Source of the DNA: Obrimoposthia wandeli
Taxonomy: Eukaryota
Direction: 5' to 3'
Assembly: GCA_977020255.1 (NCBI GenBank)
Contig: CDROCS010003925.1
Coordinates: 124,001-188,000, forward strand
Length of the DNA: 64,000 bases
Positions 45,731-61,300 of the stretch are shown here, piece by piece; position 1 is the first letter of the stretch; each line of letters begins with the position of its first letter. A program made the position numbers and the translations under genes. The notes under the pieces are model-generated. The model ran no database searches. It was given only the letters and a program-made list of their open reading frames with translations, and was not told the DNA's origin.

Positions 45731-46301
45731 CCCTCCTATAGCTGGATTAATAGAAAGTAGGAATAGATAAAAAGTAACATTAAAATATAAATTTGTTAAA
45801 TAGATAAAAAGTAATATTAAAATATAAATTTGTTAAATTTATCATATATTTTTAATTTCAAAAATAGCTTTTGTTTTTTGAAATTTTTCTTCTCATAAAT
45901 CTTTAAACTCAGCCCTAATTTTTAACATTAAGAAAGTTATTTCCTTGAAGTGAACTAAAAAAAATTAATCGTTAAGGCGAAAGTTGAATTTTACTCATCA
46001 ATTTACATCAACAAATTCAAATAAAGGAAAGTTGAAAGCTAATGTTTTTTTTTCATTTCATTCTCATATTGTTTAATATTAAATATTTATATTAGAACAT
46101 TTTTAATTTAAAAAATCAATTCAGTATCATTCCCATAAATTCCAAACTGGAATTTATTTGAGAACATTACAAAAAGTGAATAATATATTGAAGTAACAAC
46201 CGAGTGAAATTAATATACAAATGACGATTTAAAACATGAACCATTGTAATCACAGCAAAGAATATGATCATACACCAAATGAGCGGATTGGAGAAAAATC
46301 T

Positions 46302-49300
46302 TCAGATAAGTCTACTGGATAACAGAAGTGATCTTCCACGGAAAAAGAGAGTCACAGCCGCAGCTGAATGAGTAAGAAACAATGAAATACATTTATATAA
46401 TAATGTGATATAAACAATAAGGAAGCGTAATATGAAAATTTTCCCTCTAATCAAAATAACTTTACGACAAAAATAATTTATGATTTTGTCTAAAAGCGCG
46501 AACTTTAAGCGAACCAAGCGAACTCGCACAAACTTGAAAAAATACAGATGCGTCACAAAAATACGAATCTGACATTGGACTTTTCATTTTCGTTTATTAT
46601 TCGAGGTAAACATAATTCACATTGTAGTGCACACCCAAATTACTGTATTATTATCAAGTGTAAAAAATTATGTTTATTGACCATGTCGATATCTCAAAGT
46701 ACTGATGAGATGAACATTTTTAAACAGCATTTTCTTAACAAGATAAGCCGTTTAGATCAGAAATTTGTTATTTTGTTAGAGGGAAAATTTAGAGGTTATT
46801 ATTTTTTTCGCAATTGAATAAAAGTAACATCCACTTACCTATGAGCGAAATGACGCAACCCGTGATGAATGAAATCATAAATGTTTTGGGGGCATCGGAG
46901 GAAGTAAGACTGCTCCAAATCACCGTAGTAATTGCACTGGTGATGAGACCTCCAACTGACTAATGAATACGAAAGACCCTTAATAATAAGAGCACCATAC
47001 GGTTGACAGCAGTTTTAAAATTTTAAATAAAAACCCGATAAGTTTTTGTTCTGATACTGAAATTATTTAAGGCTACAGTGGGAAATTTGAACCTCTTTAT
47101 TGTACATCTGCAATTAGTTTATATCTTAGACCTCTAGTTTTCTAGTTACGATTGTAATTCGTAATTTGTGTCAAAAGTTCTAACTATTATTATTTTAAAT
47201 TTCAAATGGGAAAATTTTAAGTGGGAAATTACTTATTTTATTATAATTAACTATACATTTTAAGTGTTAGTAGTGAAATAAATAAACATTTTAGGAAAAT
47301 ATAGAAAGCTATTTATATGAGATATAAACTAAATAGAATTTCAAATTTTAAAAAGTTCTAATAAAAAAGTTCTTCTGAAAACAAGGCGGTAATTTAAATT
47401 TGCACTATACTCAAAGAAATATAATTGCGTCATAAAATAATTGAAATATCTACAGTTTTCTATAATTTATTTTATGTAACATTTAATTAAAGAAAATTTA
47501 TTCATTCTTTTCAACTACTTTCAAAAATCTTTCTGAGAAAGTTTTGTGTCATTTCATGTAACGTATTCCATGTTTTATAGTAATGGCAGATTTTGAGATT
47601 CTCAACGTCTTCAAAATTATAATTGTTCATATAACTTTTATTTGATAATATTCTGAAAACATTTTCTATAATGTCTGAGGATTTAAACAGCCATAGAAGC
47701 AATATTGTTTCATCATTATCAGCAATATCATTATCAAGCATATTTCCCAATGCGTGGGCTTGTTTTATCTTGCTGAAAGAAAGGATTATTTGGAATGCCT
47801 TCTTCTTATTTAGATTTCCCTCGATTAATGACGTTGTCATATATACATAATTTGATATTATTCTCTATATCATACACTTTTCATGAAGATATTATTTAGA
47901 AAAATTAATTTATGCGTATTTATTCTGGATTATTTAGGCAAACTAATTTTTTCATTGGACTTTTTTCATCCCTAAAACTATTTTTAAACATCGCCAAACA
48001 GTATTTTTACATAATTCAGGATATTTTGTAATTAACCTTTTCTCTGTTTTAAACAGATAGTTGTTGTCATTTATTCATTTTTTCTTAACGTCCCTTTTTC
48101 AGATCTTGGAACAAATTTTGATATCATATTAGGGTTTTTTCTTGTTCCTGCATTATCACAATTTCCAACATTTTTTTATTCTTTAGACATTTATTATTAA
48201 ACAAACTTTATTAATCATATAACTGTTTATGATATAATCAATATCAATATAAAAAAATTATAAATAATATTAGTAGGGATATATTTTTGAAACGACAAAA
48301 TTTAACCGAGACTTTTATCAAATATAGTAGAACTTCCTACAAATTGATAATATATTTAAATATCAAGTTAATATTTTTTAAAAAGGATATCCCTTAAAAA
48401 CCCTTTAAGCTTTAGATTGTAATTGAGGGGCGTACATCAAATGACACAGTAGTAGGGTGAAATGTTTGAAATTTTCACACAATTTAAATTGTTTGAATAT
48501 TCAACAAGAAACATGAAATGTATTTAAGTTATATCCATATAATAATTATAAAGTCAGCAATTATATTTACGTGTCTGTTTTTGAGGGTACATATATTTAC
48601 TTGGATAAATATAGATATTTCCGAATAAAAAAATTTATAACGAAATTGGGAAGCTAAACTATAATATAAATGCGTAAAATAAAATTTATTTCTCAAATTT
48701 ATATCATGTATTAATAAACAGATCATTTTATGAAAATTGAATAATAAAATATTTGAATAATTTTAAATATGAAAAATTCTTATTAAAGAAATTGAAAAAT
48801 TTGCGTTTATTGTTATTTCTAAATCGCCCAAAATGAACCACATACGTAAGCTGTGAACAGCACTCCGTAGTTCCCAATGAAGTGGTTGCCACCGAACAGT
48901 TTGGAACACATTTTCGGAAAGATGGAGAAAATCCCAGCCGGGATGAAATGTAGAAACATCACCCAGAAGATATAGAATATGGTTGGGCTTTGTCTGATGG
49001 AGCTGATGGCGTAGCCCAAAGGAAACGTACCCAGGAACACGGCTAGTGACAGACACATGGTCAACATCACATTCTGCAAGTGTCAAATCGAGCATCATTT
49101 CCGTCCGTGTTGTAGATTAAAAAGAACGGCAAAATCAGCGATGAAAGGACTTAATCGTAACGTAATTTATTTAAAATATACGAATATTTAAGAGTAGAAA
49201 ATAAATTCAACAAGTTCGAAACATCAAACTTCTAAAGATCTATGGCTTAATTACAAAACTTCATACATGTCGGTGAAAATATTATTTATTTAAAAAAGTA

Positions 49301-52300
49301 AAATAAATAACATTGGTTGATAGCAGTATTACAATGAACTTGGAAATTATTGCAACAGTTGGTTTTGAAATTCATTTATGTCTTTGTTTCAGTTGTAGAA
49401 TTGTAATTCACATAAGCATAGCCAATAGATTATCTCGTAACAAAATCTCTACATAATCTTATAGACATGAAATTTCCATGCTTCAGGAACATCAAAATGC
49501 AGATCCGCAACGTAGATTTGAACGAGTAAGGCATTTAGTCTTTTTCTCTTAATTTCTATAACATTGACAAACATACGAACCATTATAAGCAATTTAATTA
49601 TGTCTCGCTATTATAAAGCCGGACAGTCACATGCACCAACAAACACACACTTTCGACCCAAATTCACCAATTCAAAACACTCATGATTCAGACATTTTGC
49701 AGAATCACATAATGAAATGTACTTCAAAGAACACTTCATAAAAATTTGAACAATATTCATTAAAAAGATTTATCAAATAGAAAAAAAATAGTACTGAGAT
49801 TTTTGCAATGCTTACACCACTACTTGGATTTCAAAATTATGTTTAATATTTTAGCTTATCAATGAAATCGTTCGCAAAATTTAAGCCAAGCTCCCAGAGT
49901 TCAAATACGGTTCAAATAAGATTTTTGAAAATTCCATCATATTTTAAACTACTAAAAATGGAATGGATTATTTCCCCGTTTTCACATTAAGAGTTGATAA
50001 TCTTGTAAATATCAACAAACATATCTGTTAGATAATAAAAATTGTAGTTTATAAGGCAAAAAAAGGTTAGACCCCTTCCAGATAAGATTCCATTAAATCT
50101 ACCTTGTAAGGATGACGATCAACCACCCAGCCCCAGAATATACGACCAAGGGCATTACAGCAGGCCCCTACAGCTGCTATGTAGTTCAAGTGTCTGCTTG
50201 GTATCTGCAGCATCTGACCGTAGCTCTGGAATTCGAAAAACTGTGTAAGAAACTGGAAAAAGGTTTATGCGTTATTGCTGACTGGTTGGAGAAGTACAGA
50301 TAAGGCAAAAGTAGCCAAACTAATTTATGATAATGTTACATAATTTTTTATTGTTGTATATTCAGCTTCACAAGAAAACAAATTTATTGGAGTTTAAATT
50401 AAACTGAAAATATGATATACATGGTACAAGGGCGACAGGAAAAAGAAGTCACAGTTCGACGTTTTTCTTCCGATTACGTCATTTTTTAGGAATCATGGAT
50501 GACGCAAGCATAGTCCTTCAAGACAACGTATATACATTCAACGGATGTGTCGTTATTTTTCTTGACGGGCAATAACGACAAAACTAAGTTCCTGCCTGTA
50601 AGTTGCGACTTACACACAGAAAAGGGGAAAAAAGAAACACAAACAAACAATTTATTAAAAATGTTAAACAATTTTATTAATCAAATCCGATTTATTCTGG
50701 AATTTCAGATTCGATTTGATCTTTAGATTTTTCTCCACTATCAGTGACATAAAATATCAAAATTTTTAGTACTTTAGTTGAATATTCACAGATAATAGCG
50801 GATTTACATAAATTGTAATGCAATTTTCGATCAGCGGTTTTGCAACCCCCCTAATAAAATTAGTAACACAATTATAATTAATAATTCAAAAGTTTTTTTA
50901 ATAAACAAATTTCTAACGCAAAAATAGCTTCATAAAATTATTGAACATTACTCTTCCGTATCACGGGAAAATTATATAAAAAGTACATAACCTGTACTTT
51001 TTCAAGGCGTACTTTTTTTAATTTTCTAACTTAAAACATAGCTTCGTAAAATTAAAAGTCGTGTTAAGAAATGTAATTGTTACATATGTTTGACTGGAAG
51101 AGCTACAAGTCATGCCAGAAATATTAAACATGAAAAAGATGAGAATAATGGTTTGTTTGGTGCTTCTGAAACCATCAAATTACCATTAAAACCAAAAGAC
51201 TTGGCTTATAATAAAACATCCTTTGACATATGTAACAAGTTGTTTTAAAGAAGTTGGGAAAGGTAAGCAACACAATTGTACCAAATCTCAACTTAGAAAA
51301 AATGATATAAGTTAAGTGAAAAATTTAATATCCCATTTTTGTAGCTAAAAAATTGGGAAATTTACACCATAAATCACCCATAGACCCAATGCTTTCTAAA
51401 GCTACTCTTACAACTTTAAAAATGTTATTGCTGCTTCTCCTTCGTTTAGAAATACTATATTGTCCAACAACTGTTTCTATTATATAAAGTAATATGATTT
51501 ATAATATATTGTAAAATATAGTTATTATTAACACCATAAGAAACTTTTTATAAATACAAGAAGCAGCTACAATTTCTTAGAGACAGTTTTAGAATGCTAA
51601 AACATGTACATTTTACATGGATATGCCATTTTGGTGTCATTTTCATTCAACCTCTTTTCCCTTTAGGAACAGTGTCCTGTATTGATTATCCTTAGGCTGA
51701 TTTAAAGCCCCCTAATTCAGTGATGGACCTTTCTTTACAAATGTCGACTAAATACAGTGTTGAGGAGGATTTAATATTTAAATTGAGAGAAATTAATTAT
51801 CGACTTTTGATACATGAATATCAGGTTGCACATATGTGACCTTTATGTTACCTTTATGGATCTGAAGAAGTTGTAAGGGAAATGTTGTGTGTACGATAAC
51901 TGGAATTTACGATAACCAAACCTCTGGAGGACTGACTGACCTTGTGTAGTGCAATGACGAGGATGAAACAGGCGGTCAGTAGAACATATGAAATCCACAT
52001 AACCCAGAAGTCAAGTTCCATCAGCATCAAGTAGGGCTTGATCTCGATAGCGGGTTGGTAACTAAATTTTGGCGATTGAATTAAGTTAAACTTTTAATTA
52101 AAAACTTTAAAATTTTCTCATACTTATATAAATATTTTTTAGCAATTACTACAGTAACAATTGCTCCACAAAAACAAGAAATTTAATACACTGAGAAAAA
52201 GCTTTTAATGAAACAACACATAAAATAAGAAAAAAACAAAGGCTAGTTTATGAGTTCAAAGTAATTTTCATAGACCGATGAGTAACAGTGTAAAAAATCC

Positions 52301-55300
52301 AAACAAGATCCAGTTGTATTTTGAAAAATCTCAGGCTGAATTCTGTTCTAAGCTCCAGTTAATACTGTTTCCATGGATTGAATATCAGTAACCTCTGTAA
52401 TTGAAATTTATGTAACAGTAAACCCCAATTCGAATAATCCATAACATTGAGGTCTGGAATTCTAGATGACGATTTGGTTAGGTTTCAAAAAGTCAGAAGT
52501 TTTGACTCTGAGCCAAACAATAATTTCTATGCCGATGAGCTTTCGCACCATCTTGCTGCCATGTCCATTCATCTCCACCCATTATTTGGTTTATGTCTAC
52601 AAACATTTCAGTACACAACTCACGTTTCTGGAATTATTGATTCAATTACGTTCCTTTTTTAATTTTAATTCTATGCATGCTTAAGATTAATCTTTCAATT
52701 CATATCGAAGTATGAATATTTTTATCTTTTAGAGCACTCTTCAGGGCTTGGAGACAAACTAAAACTAATATAGGATACTATCTAGAATTCCTTCAGCTGA
52801 ACTTTTCATAATATATTGTTATTGGTTATACAATCTACATACATTGATTCTGTGCCATTTTCTTTATTCGGATCAATAAATTCAAAATTGACTAAAGATT
52901 CTAACATTTATTTAAACCTTGTTTCAAACCTTGACTTTAAATATTTTGCAAATTTATTTATACAAGGCAGACATAATTATTTTTGTGTGATTTTGATGCA
53001 TTTAAAAAAAATCCCACACTAATCTTAAATTTTAAAATTTATTAATTATTTTAATGCAATTTAAATTACAACATACATATATGTATATTGTATCTATAGT
53101 ATCTTTGTAAAAGCCCTTTAATAGGATGGAAAATAAAAATCGATTTTTAAAAATGATTAAATGAAATTTATACAACAGTCTATTCTTAATTTTATTTTTT
53201 AGCTAAACCAACCGATTCTTTGAATTTGCATAAAATTGGTATCTTACATACAAAGTTTCAGTGCATACAAATAGAAAAGTCGTATTTAGTATCAATATAA
53301 ATATCGTCATTATATCTATTTTAAAATTTGATGAAGTATCAATTTTATAATTTCATGAAAATAGTTATAAATTAAATAAAAAATTGATAAATACCTATCC
53401 TGATGTGGTTTACTAGAGAATTTCTGCAGATATGGGCTTCAAATTTTAGAAAGAAAAAACCAATTAATTAAATTTAATTATTTCGAATATATTTTTAAAG
53501 TTACTATCAGTTTATTGCATATTTCCTGCTCTAAACTGTATTGTTTTGAGTAGAAAGAAACCTTTGACAGTAATTATCCGATAATAATAATTTATTTTCT
53601 CCAAAATAACATTTTTGACCATTTTTCTGAATAAAGGTATGTTAAAAAATAATACAGCGAATTTTGTCTATAATGACATTCATGGAATTCCTAATATTTA
53701 TTCATTACAAATTACGTAATAAAAAAGTATGTTGTAGAGCAGACATGTTTTTTGCGGCTCAAATAGGAAATAAAAACTCTACAATATTTTCCGGTACTTT
53801 AATTTTTTTCTGATTTATCAATGCTTAAAAAAAACAAAAAACAATACAGAGAAGCCGTGAGCCACAATCTAGTTTTGTTTTAATATTCAATGTTTCAATA
53901 CTTCAAATGTTTCTTGGAATGCGTTTTTCAATTGCACATTTTCAAATTCCGAGTGAAACTGTTGCCAGTCTAGATTTTTAATTTTATTTTTGTTCTAATT
54001 TGATCCTTTATTGAACAGTAAAACAGTTGTGTGATGAAAATCGAAAATCTAATGCAGAAGGTAATGTGTTTAATTTGTGGAAAAAAAGAAGGAAATTTAT
54101 AAACGAATATAATGTCAAGACACTATGAAAAGCAGCACTTCACAAAATAACAAATTAAATACGTTTGAATAAAATTTCTAACATAAGAAATTAACTACAA
54201 TCCAGGATTTTTAAAGACAGACACTGCTCCTATCTTCAAATGTCGTACAAGCAACTTACTCACTTTTTAAATTATTATTAAAGAAATTAAAGTCACTCAG
54301 TGATGGTCAATATATAAAAGAAGCTGTCATCTGTAATTTAAGAGATGATTTTCCAAAAATAAATTAAATTATTTTAAAATATCAGTTTAACTCAGCTAAC
54401 TATAGTGAGCAAAATTAGTGGTTTTTTAGACAACATTATAAGAACAAGTTTTAAACTTTTAAGCATTTAAATTATGCTTTGATGATAGCACTGACATGAT
54501 AGGCAATGTACAGCGATTTTCGTAAGTTGCGTGGATAATAACCTCCTAACATCCGAAGAGCTCTTAAATTTTTGGCTAAGCTTGATAGATTTTACATTAT
54601 CTTGTTCCTTATCTCCTGGAATAGCAACTGACAGGGCAATATTTCTATGTTAGGCAAAAAAAGGAGATTTTTCGGATTATTTAACAAGAAAATGATATAA
54701 TTTAAACGTGGTATATTTTTCATTGCCGATCCACAATGAAAATCTACATTGCAAAATATTAGAAATGTGATGAATATTGTCCTCGAATTAGTAAATATAA
54801 TACGATCTCATGTAACAAGTCATCTGAAATTGCAACAATTCGTCGTTGAACTGGCTGGTGATGCTGCTTACTGTTGCAAGTCAGATGGCTCAGTCGTGGA
54901 AAGTGTCTACGAAGGCTTCTTAAGCTCAAAGATGTATTTTAAAATGAAAATGGAATACTTCCAGAATTAAATGATCCATGGTTGATATATTTGCGCTTTT
55001 TGGTCCATATAACCGAGCATTTGCAACATTAAATCTGGAAAATTCGGCTCTTTGTTTTTTTTAATTTCTTCGAATGTGGCTTTGAAATTTGTTTGGGTTA
55101 GACGCCTGTCATAGACCACCATTAAAACAAATTAAAAATATTTTTCTAAATTTTTTCTCTTGAAAATTATTTTTAATAGTTTTGTCAACAATCTCTAATT
55201 TAATTAATTAGACTATTTCTCTTTGATAATTCTAAAACTAGGGTTTATGCTTCTTCCAGACAAAAGTTATTATGAAAGTGACTGCATTAAGCACATTGTT

Positions 55301-58300
55301 TAAAAATACAGACATTTATGAAACCCTTATCATTGTAATATTTAAACAATATTTTTATTAATAAATTTAATAATTATAATGATTTTGGGGAGATTTTTAG
55401 GAAGTGATTTACACACGTTCTTGATAATTATTTTTAGGATAAATTTGGTAATTAAAAAAACAATTAGTGATTTCCATTTTGATATTTTCCCCATAAAGTT
55501 ATACCTAAATTTATTACTTAGAAATAAATGTACCATATTTCCCATCAGTAATATTAAAGAAATTCTTCTAAATATACCAAATTAACCGAGGAATTTCCGA
55601 CCGATTCGAACTCTGGTAGAATAATTTCATCGTATAAATAGCTCAAAGATATAAATCACATTTCAGGTATTTCTCGAAATTAAGCATTGATTTTCAAAAA
55701 CCATCATTGTGTAGTCCAGTCGAACAAAGTTCAAGAATGTTTATCATATTAATAATTAAAATGAAAATTTATTATATTAATCGAATTTTATTGACTGTTC
55801 TTAAGAAAAAAATTCGAACTTCAAAACTTTGTTTATTTCGGTTATTTTTAAAGTAATTTACTCTTTCTATATCATTATATCATCTAAAAAGTTAAATTTT
55901 ATATCGAAATATATATTTAATTATTTTACTTTTGAGTATAATTGCAGTCTATTTACCCATTAATTCCTCATTATATATTCCAATAATTTATTATGATAAA
56001 ACATTTAAATAATATTCATCGCTCTCGACGTTTGTATTAAATATGTCATAGAAAAAAAGAAGAAAATCAATGAAATTATTTTTATAAACACTAATTTCTA
56101 ATATTTTTCTTAACAAAATCATATTTGTATTCAAGAGGCATTGAAGTCAAGTTTTTTTATACGAATTTAAAATATTTAAATTGGTAATTTATGATTTTTT
56201 AAAATTCACTTCAAAATTTATCACCGCGAACATTTTTTTATAAGTGATTGTATGCGGTAGCGCATGACATATTAAGTGAATCTTTATCTAAACCAGTTTA
56301 ACTTAACTTAAGATAGATTTTCTCGTAATAAAATCTCTGTAAACTCTTACAGGCGGGATATTTCCATGCTGTTGGAATCTATCGGATAGAACCGCTTCAG
56401 TAACATCAGGATGCAGATCTCCAACGTAAAGACTCGCATAAGTAACGGAATGAGCCATTTGTCTGTTTTTTTCATTACATCAACAACACAACACAACAAC
56501 AAAAAGCTGCACCACTCCATCAGATTGCGGTTCTAAAATACACAACCCATACACACAAATGCAGACATTCCACACAGCCATTCGCCCATCACCAGCATCC
56601 TCTAACCAAGCACACATCAGATTTGGCATATGATTGGTCAAATGTAAATGGCCTGTAATCACACTGAAATTGTTTAAAAAGTATCTCAAATAATTTAATT
56701 TCTGAACAAATAAGAAATTATTTAAAATACATAAATTATTTTAATTTCATTGAATACAAATTTTTCAACACCGTTTTAACGATTAGCACAAGGTTCTAAA
56801 TCATACATATACATAATTGTACGAACATACTAAACTTAATTATCGGTAGTTGATCGGAAACAGAAAGTTTTGTCTTGTATTGAAATAAGGTGCCTTTAAA
56901 ATAAAAAACAACTTTTAAAATATTTCATAAAATGATGTTAAATATTAACCATTTCTATTACTACATTTTTGCTTGTATTGACTTTAATATATTGATATAA
57001 ATAATCAAAAATTGAAATCTTAGAAATAGATATCATTACAATATATTTTCAAAATGTAAATTATGCTACGTGTACAGTTCGTACTTACAATACAGAAAAG
57101 AAACTAAATAATGTATTAGATGAACCAAAAGCAAGGATAATTATGAACCAATATGAAGAATGTTTAATCAAAATCGATAGAGGCATTGGAATTTGCGACC
57201 ATCATTGTTTCCAACTGTTGATATAGTTTTATATATAAAAAAGTAGTTATAAATTAAACGTGGCCACAGTTAAGTCTGTTAGATTCTCAAAATGTAGAGC
57301 TCGTAAATATCTAAAGGAATGTTACCAAAACCTGTACAAGCCGAGTAAAGTTCAATAACTCTAACCTAATGATTTACGTATAAGTACTGAATCACAAACA
57401 TCAGTTAGATTATTTTAAAAATCACTTTATTCAATGAAAGTTTTAGTATGGTGTGGCTTTTTTTCTCGATTCATTGTCGATCCATAGTTCTATAATAATA
57501 CTTTAAACGGAATCTACTATTTAAATCTAGAGTGTTTCGAAGTTTTAAGATTTTTTTCTTCTAATTCTAAGATGTATAAAATATTTTATGTCAATTTAGT
57601 TTAGTTGAAGATGGTGTTCATTCTAATAGATTTGTATGGTCATTTTATAAAAAAAATTTGGGTCAATTTAAAATATTATAATTTTAATAATTTAGTTAAG
57701 TTGAAGACGGTGTTACTTATTTTGGGTATTTTTAATAAAAATTTAGATTTGAGCCAATTTATAGATTTTCTGGTCAATTTATGAGTTGTTTTTGGATTAA
57801 TATTATTATAAATAAATAAAGTTGAGTAAATTTATAAGAAATAGTTAGTTTTTTTAAAAGAAAGTTGAGCCAATTTAGAGGAAAAAGTTAATATTATTAT
57901 TTATTAACTAATCCTTCAAGCCTCTTCTGAAAAATCTTGTTTTTTCCTAAAGGCCTGCTTTTTGTGTAATTAGGTCGATGAACATACCGCAGTAACAGAC
58001 TAACTGTGACTTCTCATGGTTGGTCTGTAGATTCCATGCTGCGAAATATGATATGAACTGATCCCACATTGGGGCTTTTGGTCTATCAGTTATTAAAATG
58101 TCATCTATGTGTGTCCCATTTCGTAGGAATCTTTTCATAATCAGGTTGAAGGCCCATAGCATGAGTGCGTAGAAAAAATAAACAATTTTGTTAAATATTT
58201 ACTCAAATTTAAAGTTTATCATAAGTTAACCAAAAATCCCTATAAATTGGCTCACATCTACATTTTTCAAAAAAATTCCCAAAAATAACGAATACGATCT

Positions 58301-61300
58301 TCAACTAAACTAAATTGACACAAAATATATTATAAATCTTAAAATTAAACGAAAGAACAATCTTGAAAGTCCGAAACTTCCGCCCACCCTGCTATTTATG
58401 CATCTCACATCCCCCATTTGTCAACGAGGCAATGCTCTTCTACGCCATGGAAGATACAGTTAAACAATATTTAACTCGAAGTTGTGACGTGAAGTCATCA
58501 CATGAAATATTATCAGAAGTTTTTGAAAGTGTTCCTCTACACTAAGGAGCAGTTGGGAATAAATAGGACCATCACAGGATAAAATGTCAGTGATTTTAAT
58601 AAATTCTAATAGCTAATCTTCAGTTGTTTATTATTTGATTTTTGTTAAAATATAAAATAGCTTTTAAACGCACTGCAATACTCTCAGTCAAAACCGGGAA
58701 CAAAACGTAACTTAGCATAATTTGGTGGGAAACGGAATTTGGTATGGATTTTCATTAAAAATACCTGCTATCTTTGTTGAAAACATTTCTGAACAGAGAA
58801 ACCGGGTCTGTGTCATCCATCTGTTAAAATGAGAATGTAAATCAATGGATCATCTACTGCTACGGTCAGATATTTACAGAACCCGCTTATAAAGTTGAGT
58901 GTTATCATGATGTGTCATTTGTATGTTTTCCTTCATGGATTTGTCAATAAAATATTTAATTAAATCATTAGTTCGGATGTCAAAAGGGTGTGCGGACGTT
59001 TGGACTGGCGTTTTTTTAAGTACGAAGTTTAGGACTAAAGAATTTCTATCTTCTCATTTTAAGATTTAAAAGATATTTTGTGCCAATTAAGTTTAGTAGA
59101 AGATGATTGTTGTTCTACTAGATTTGTTGGGTAAATTTATAAGATTTTAATTGTATATAATTTAGTTTACTTGAAGATGGTGTTCTAATAGGTTATTTTT
59201 TGTAATTTGTTTTATAGAAACATGTAATCGACAGATTAACTATGAGAATTCACTGGTAGTCCCTATGAACAGAATTACATACATCGACCTAATTACGCAA
59301 TACGCGAGTCTTTCAGAGGAAAATGGTGTACATGCGATTATGTAATCCAATTTTACAAATTTAATATTTTCCTCTAAATTGACTAAACTTTCTTTTTAAA
59401 AATACTTTTTATTTCGTATAAATTTACTCAAATCTTATTCTTTTATAATAATAACCCCAAACAATTCATAAATTTATCAATAAAACCTAAAAATTGGTTC
59501 AGATCTAACTCTTTTTATAATAATTCCAAAAATTAACATATTAGAGTATCATCTTCAAGTAAAATAAATTATATAAAATCTTATAAATTGACCCAAAAAA
59601 TCTAGTAGAACGAGCATCATCTTCAATTAAACTAAACCTTATAAATTGACCAATAAAACCTAATAGAACTAACACCATCTTTATCTAAACTTAATTGACA
59701 CAAATTATATTTTAATTCTTAAAAGTCCGAAACATCCGAGTCCGAAACGTCCTAGATTCTGTTAAAAGAGATCCCACGGATGCAGTAGAATAAATATTTA
59801 ATAAATTGATATTTTCATTTAAAACCTAATTTCAATGAAAGATTTTTGTAGCTAAATTGTATCTAAATTATGACTCAGAATTAATAAAGTATGACCTAAA
59901 TTGTTATTTAAATAAAAATGGAGACAACATAGAATAAAAATAATAAATCTTTGTACTCGTATTTATCATTATTTTCAACAATCAAACCCTTCTAAATTGA
60001 AAATATGTTGACTATATAAATAAAAATAAATATTCTTCAATATACAATTCAATATGAATGGAAACAACTTCATTTTTAAACTCCCGCCAAACTCAGCATG
60101 CCTGGGTAAGTGTTAAAACGTTAAAACTTTGTTGAAACGTTAAACTTAATAGTAATATTTCTAAAAAAATGAAATTCGTCAGTGTATTGTAACTTTCTAC
60201 GGGAATATAACAAAGGAAATTTGAGGTTATTTTTCCCAATAATAATTATTACATTAAATATATTGGAAGGTTATTAAGAAAGTTAGCTTGGTTTGAGACA
60301 CATTTGTATAAAACCCAATTACATTTTTAGCTAAGAAACATTTTTAAACAAGACTAAGAATCCAGAGAATTGATGTTTACTCAATGGATTAACAATATAT
60401 GAAAAAAACATATTTCTGAAACTCGAGGAGAGTACTTTCTAGACCAGTGATTCCCAATCTATGCGTCGCGACACACTAGTGTGTCGCCAAGCATATATAA
60501 GTGTGTCGCGAAAATTAGGAAATGAGAGTATGCTTGTCAGTAATACGTCCCAGAATTGAACGTTTGTGTGCAGAAAAACAAGCACATATTTCGCATTAAT
60601 TGATTTTTAAACGTACGTATTACATTTTGTTATTCAGAATGATTTTGTTATTTAATTTTAAGTTATTCGGACAGTGGTTGCATTTTTTTTTGGTGAGGAG
60701 GGAGAAAAAGAAACTCTTTTATGGAAACTGTAAAACTTTATCGATTTTGTTACAAATATTATTAAAGCGAATAATAAAGTGACGAATTATTTAATAATCC
60801 ATTTTTTATTTATTTAGCATTTATATCCATTTGTAACTGGTTTAGTTTCTTAAAATTTTAAATTTGATGTGTCGCGACATTAAGCGAAAAAAAAAAGTGT
60901 GTCGTTATTAAAAAAAGATTGGGAAACACTGTTCTAGACATGTAATATTCCAGGTGGCATAATCTTTACGACAGATCCGTTTGTCGCATATCCAGTAACT
61001 GTGTAACTCTGTAACTTGAAATTCTCTGCTGTGGTCATTTGAGTATCGCATTTCAAGAAGAATGATTTGGCAGCACTGGAAATGTGAAACAGCGGATTCC
61101 TCATCCTTACTCATAAGAGTCATTTTATGTAGGATCCATAGAATAATTATTATGAATAAAATATGGAAATTTTTGACGGGTGATTGATATAGACAACATT
61201 CATATATTAATAAAACGCGCGAGGCTAATAGAAAAAAAAATCATTTTTATATTATTAAGATTTAAAATTGAAAAATGGGTTAACCAAAATTTCTTACTTA

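Noticed and set aside
48763-49098. 111-aa minus-strand ORF
   Set aside because: Wrong frame over the MFS exon; the 48819..49079 frame is the coding one.
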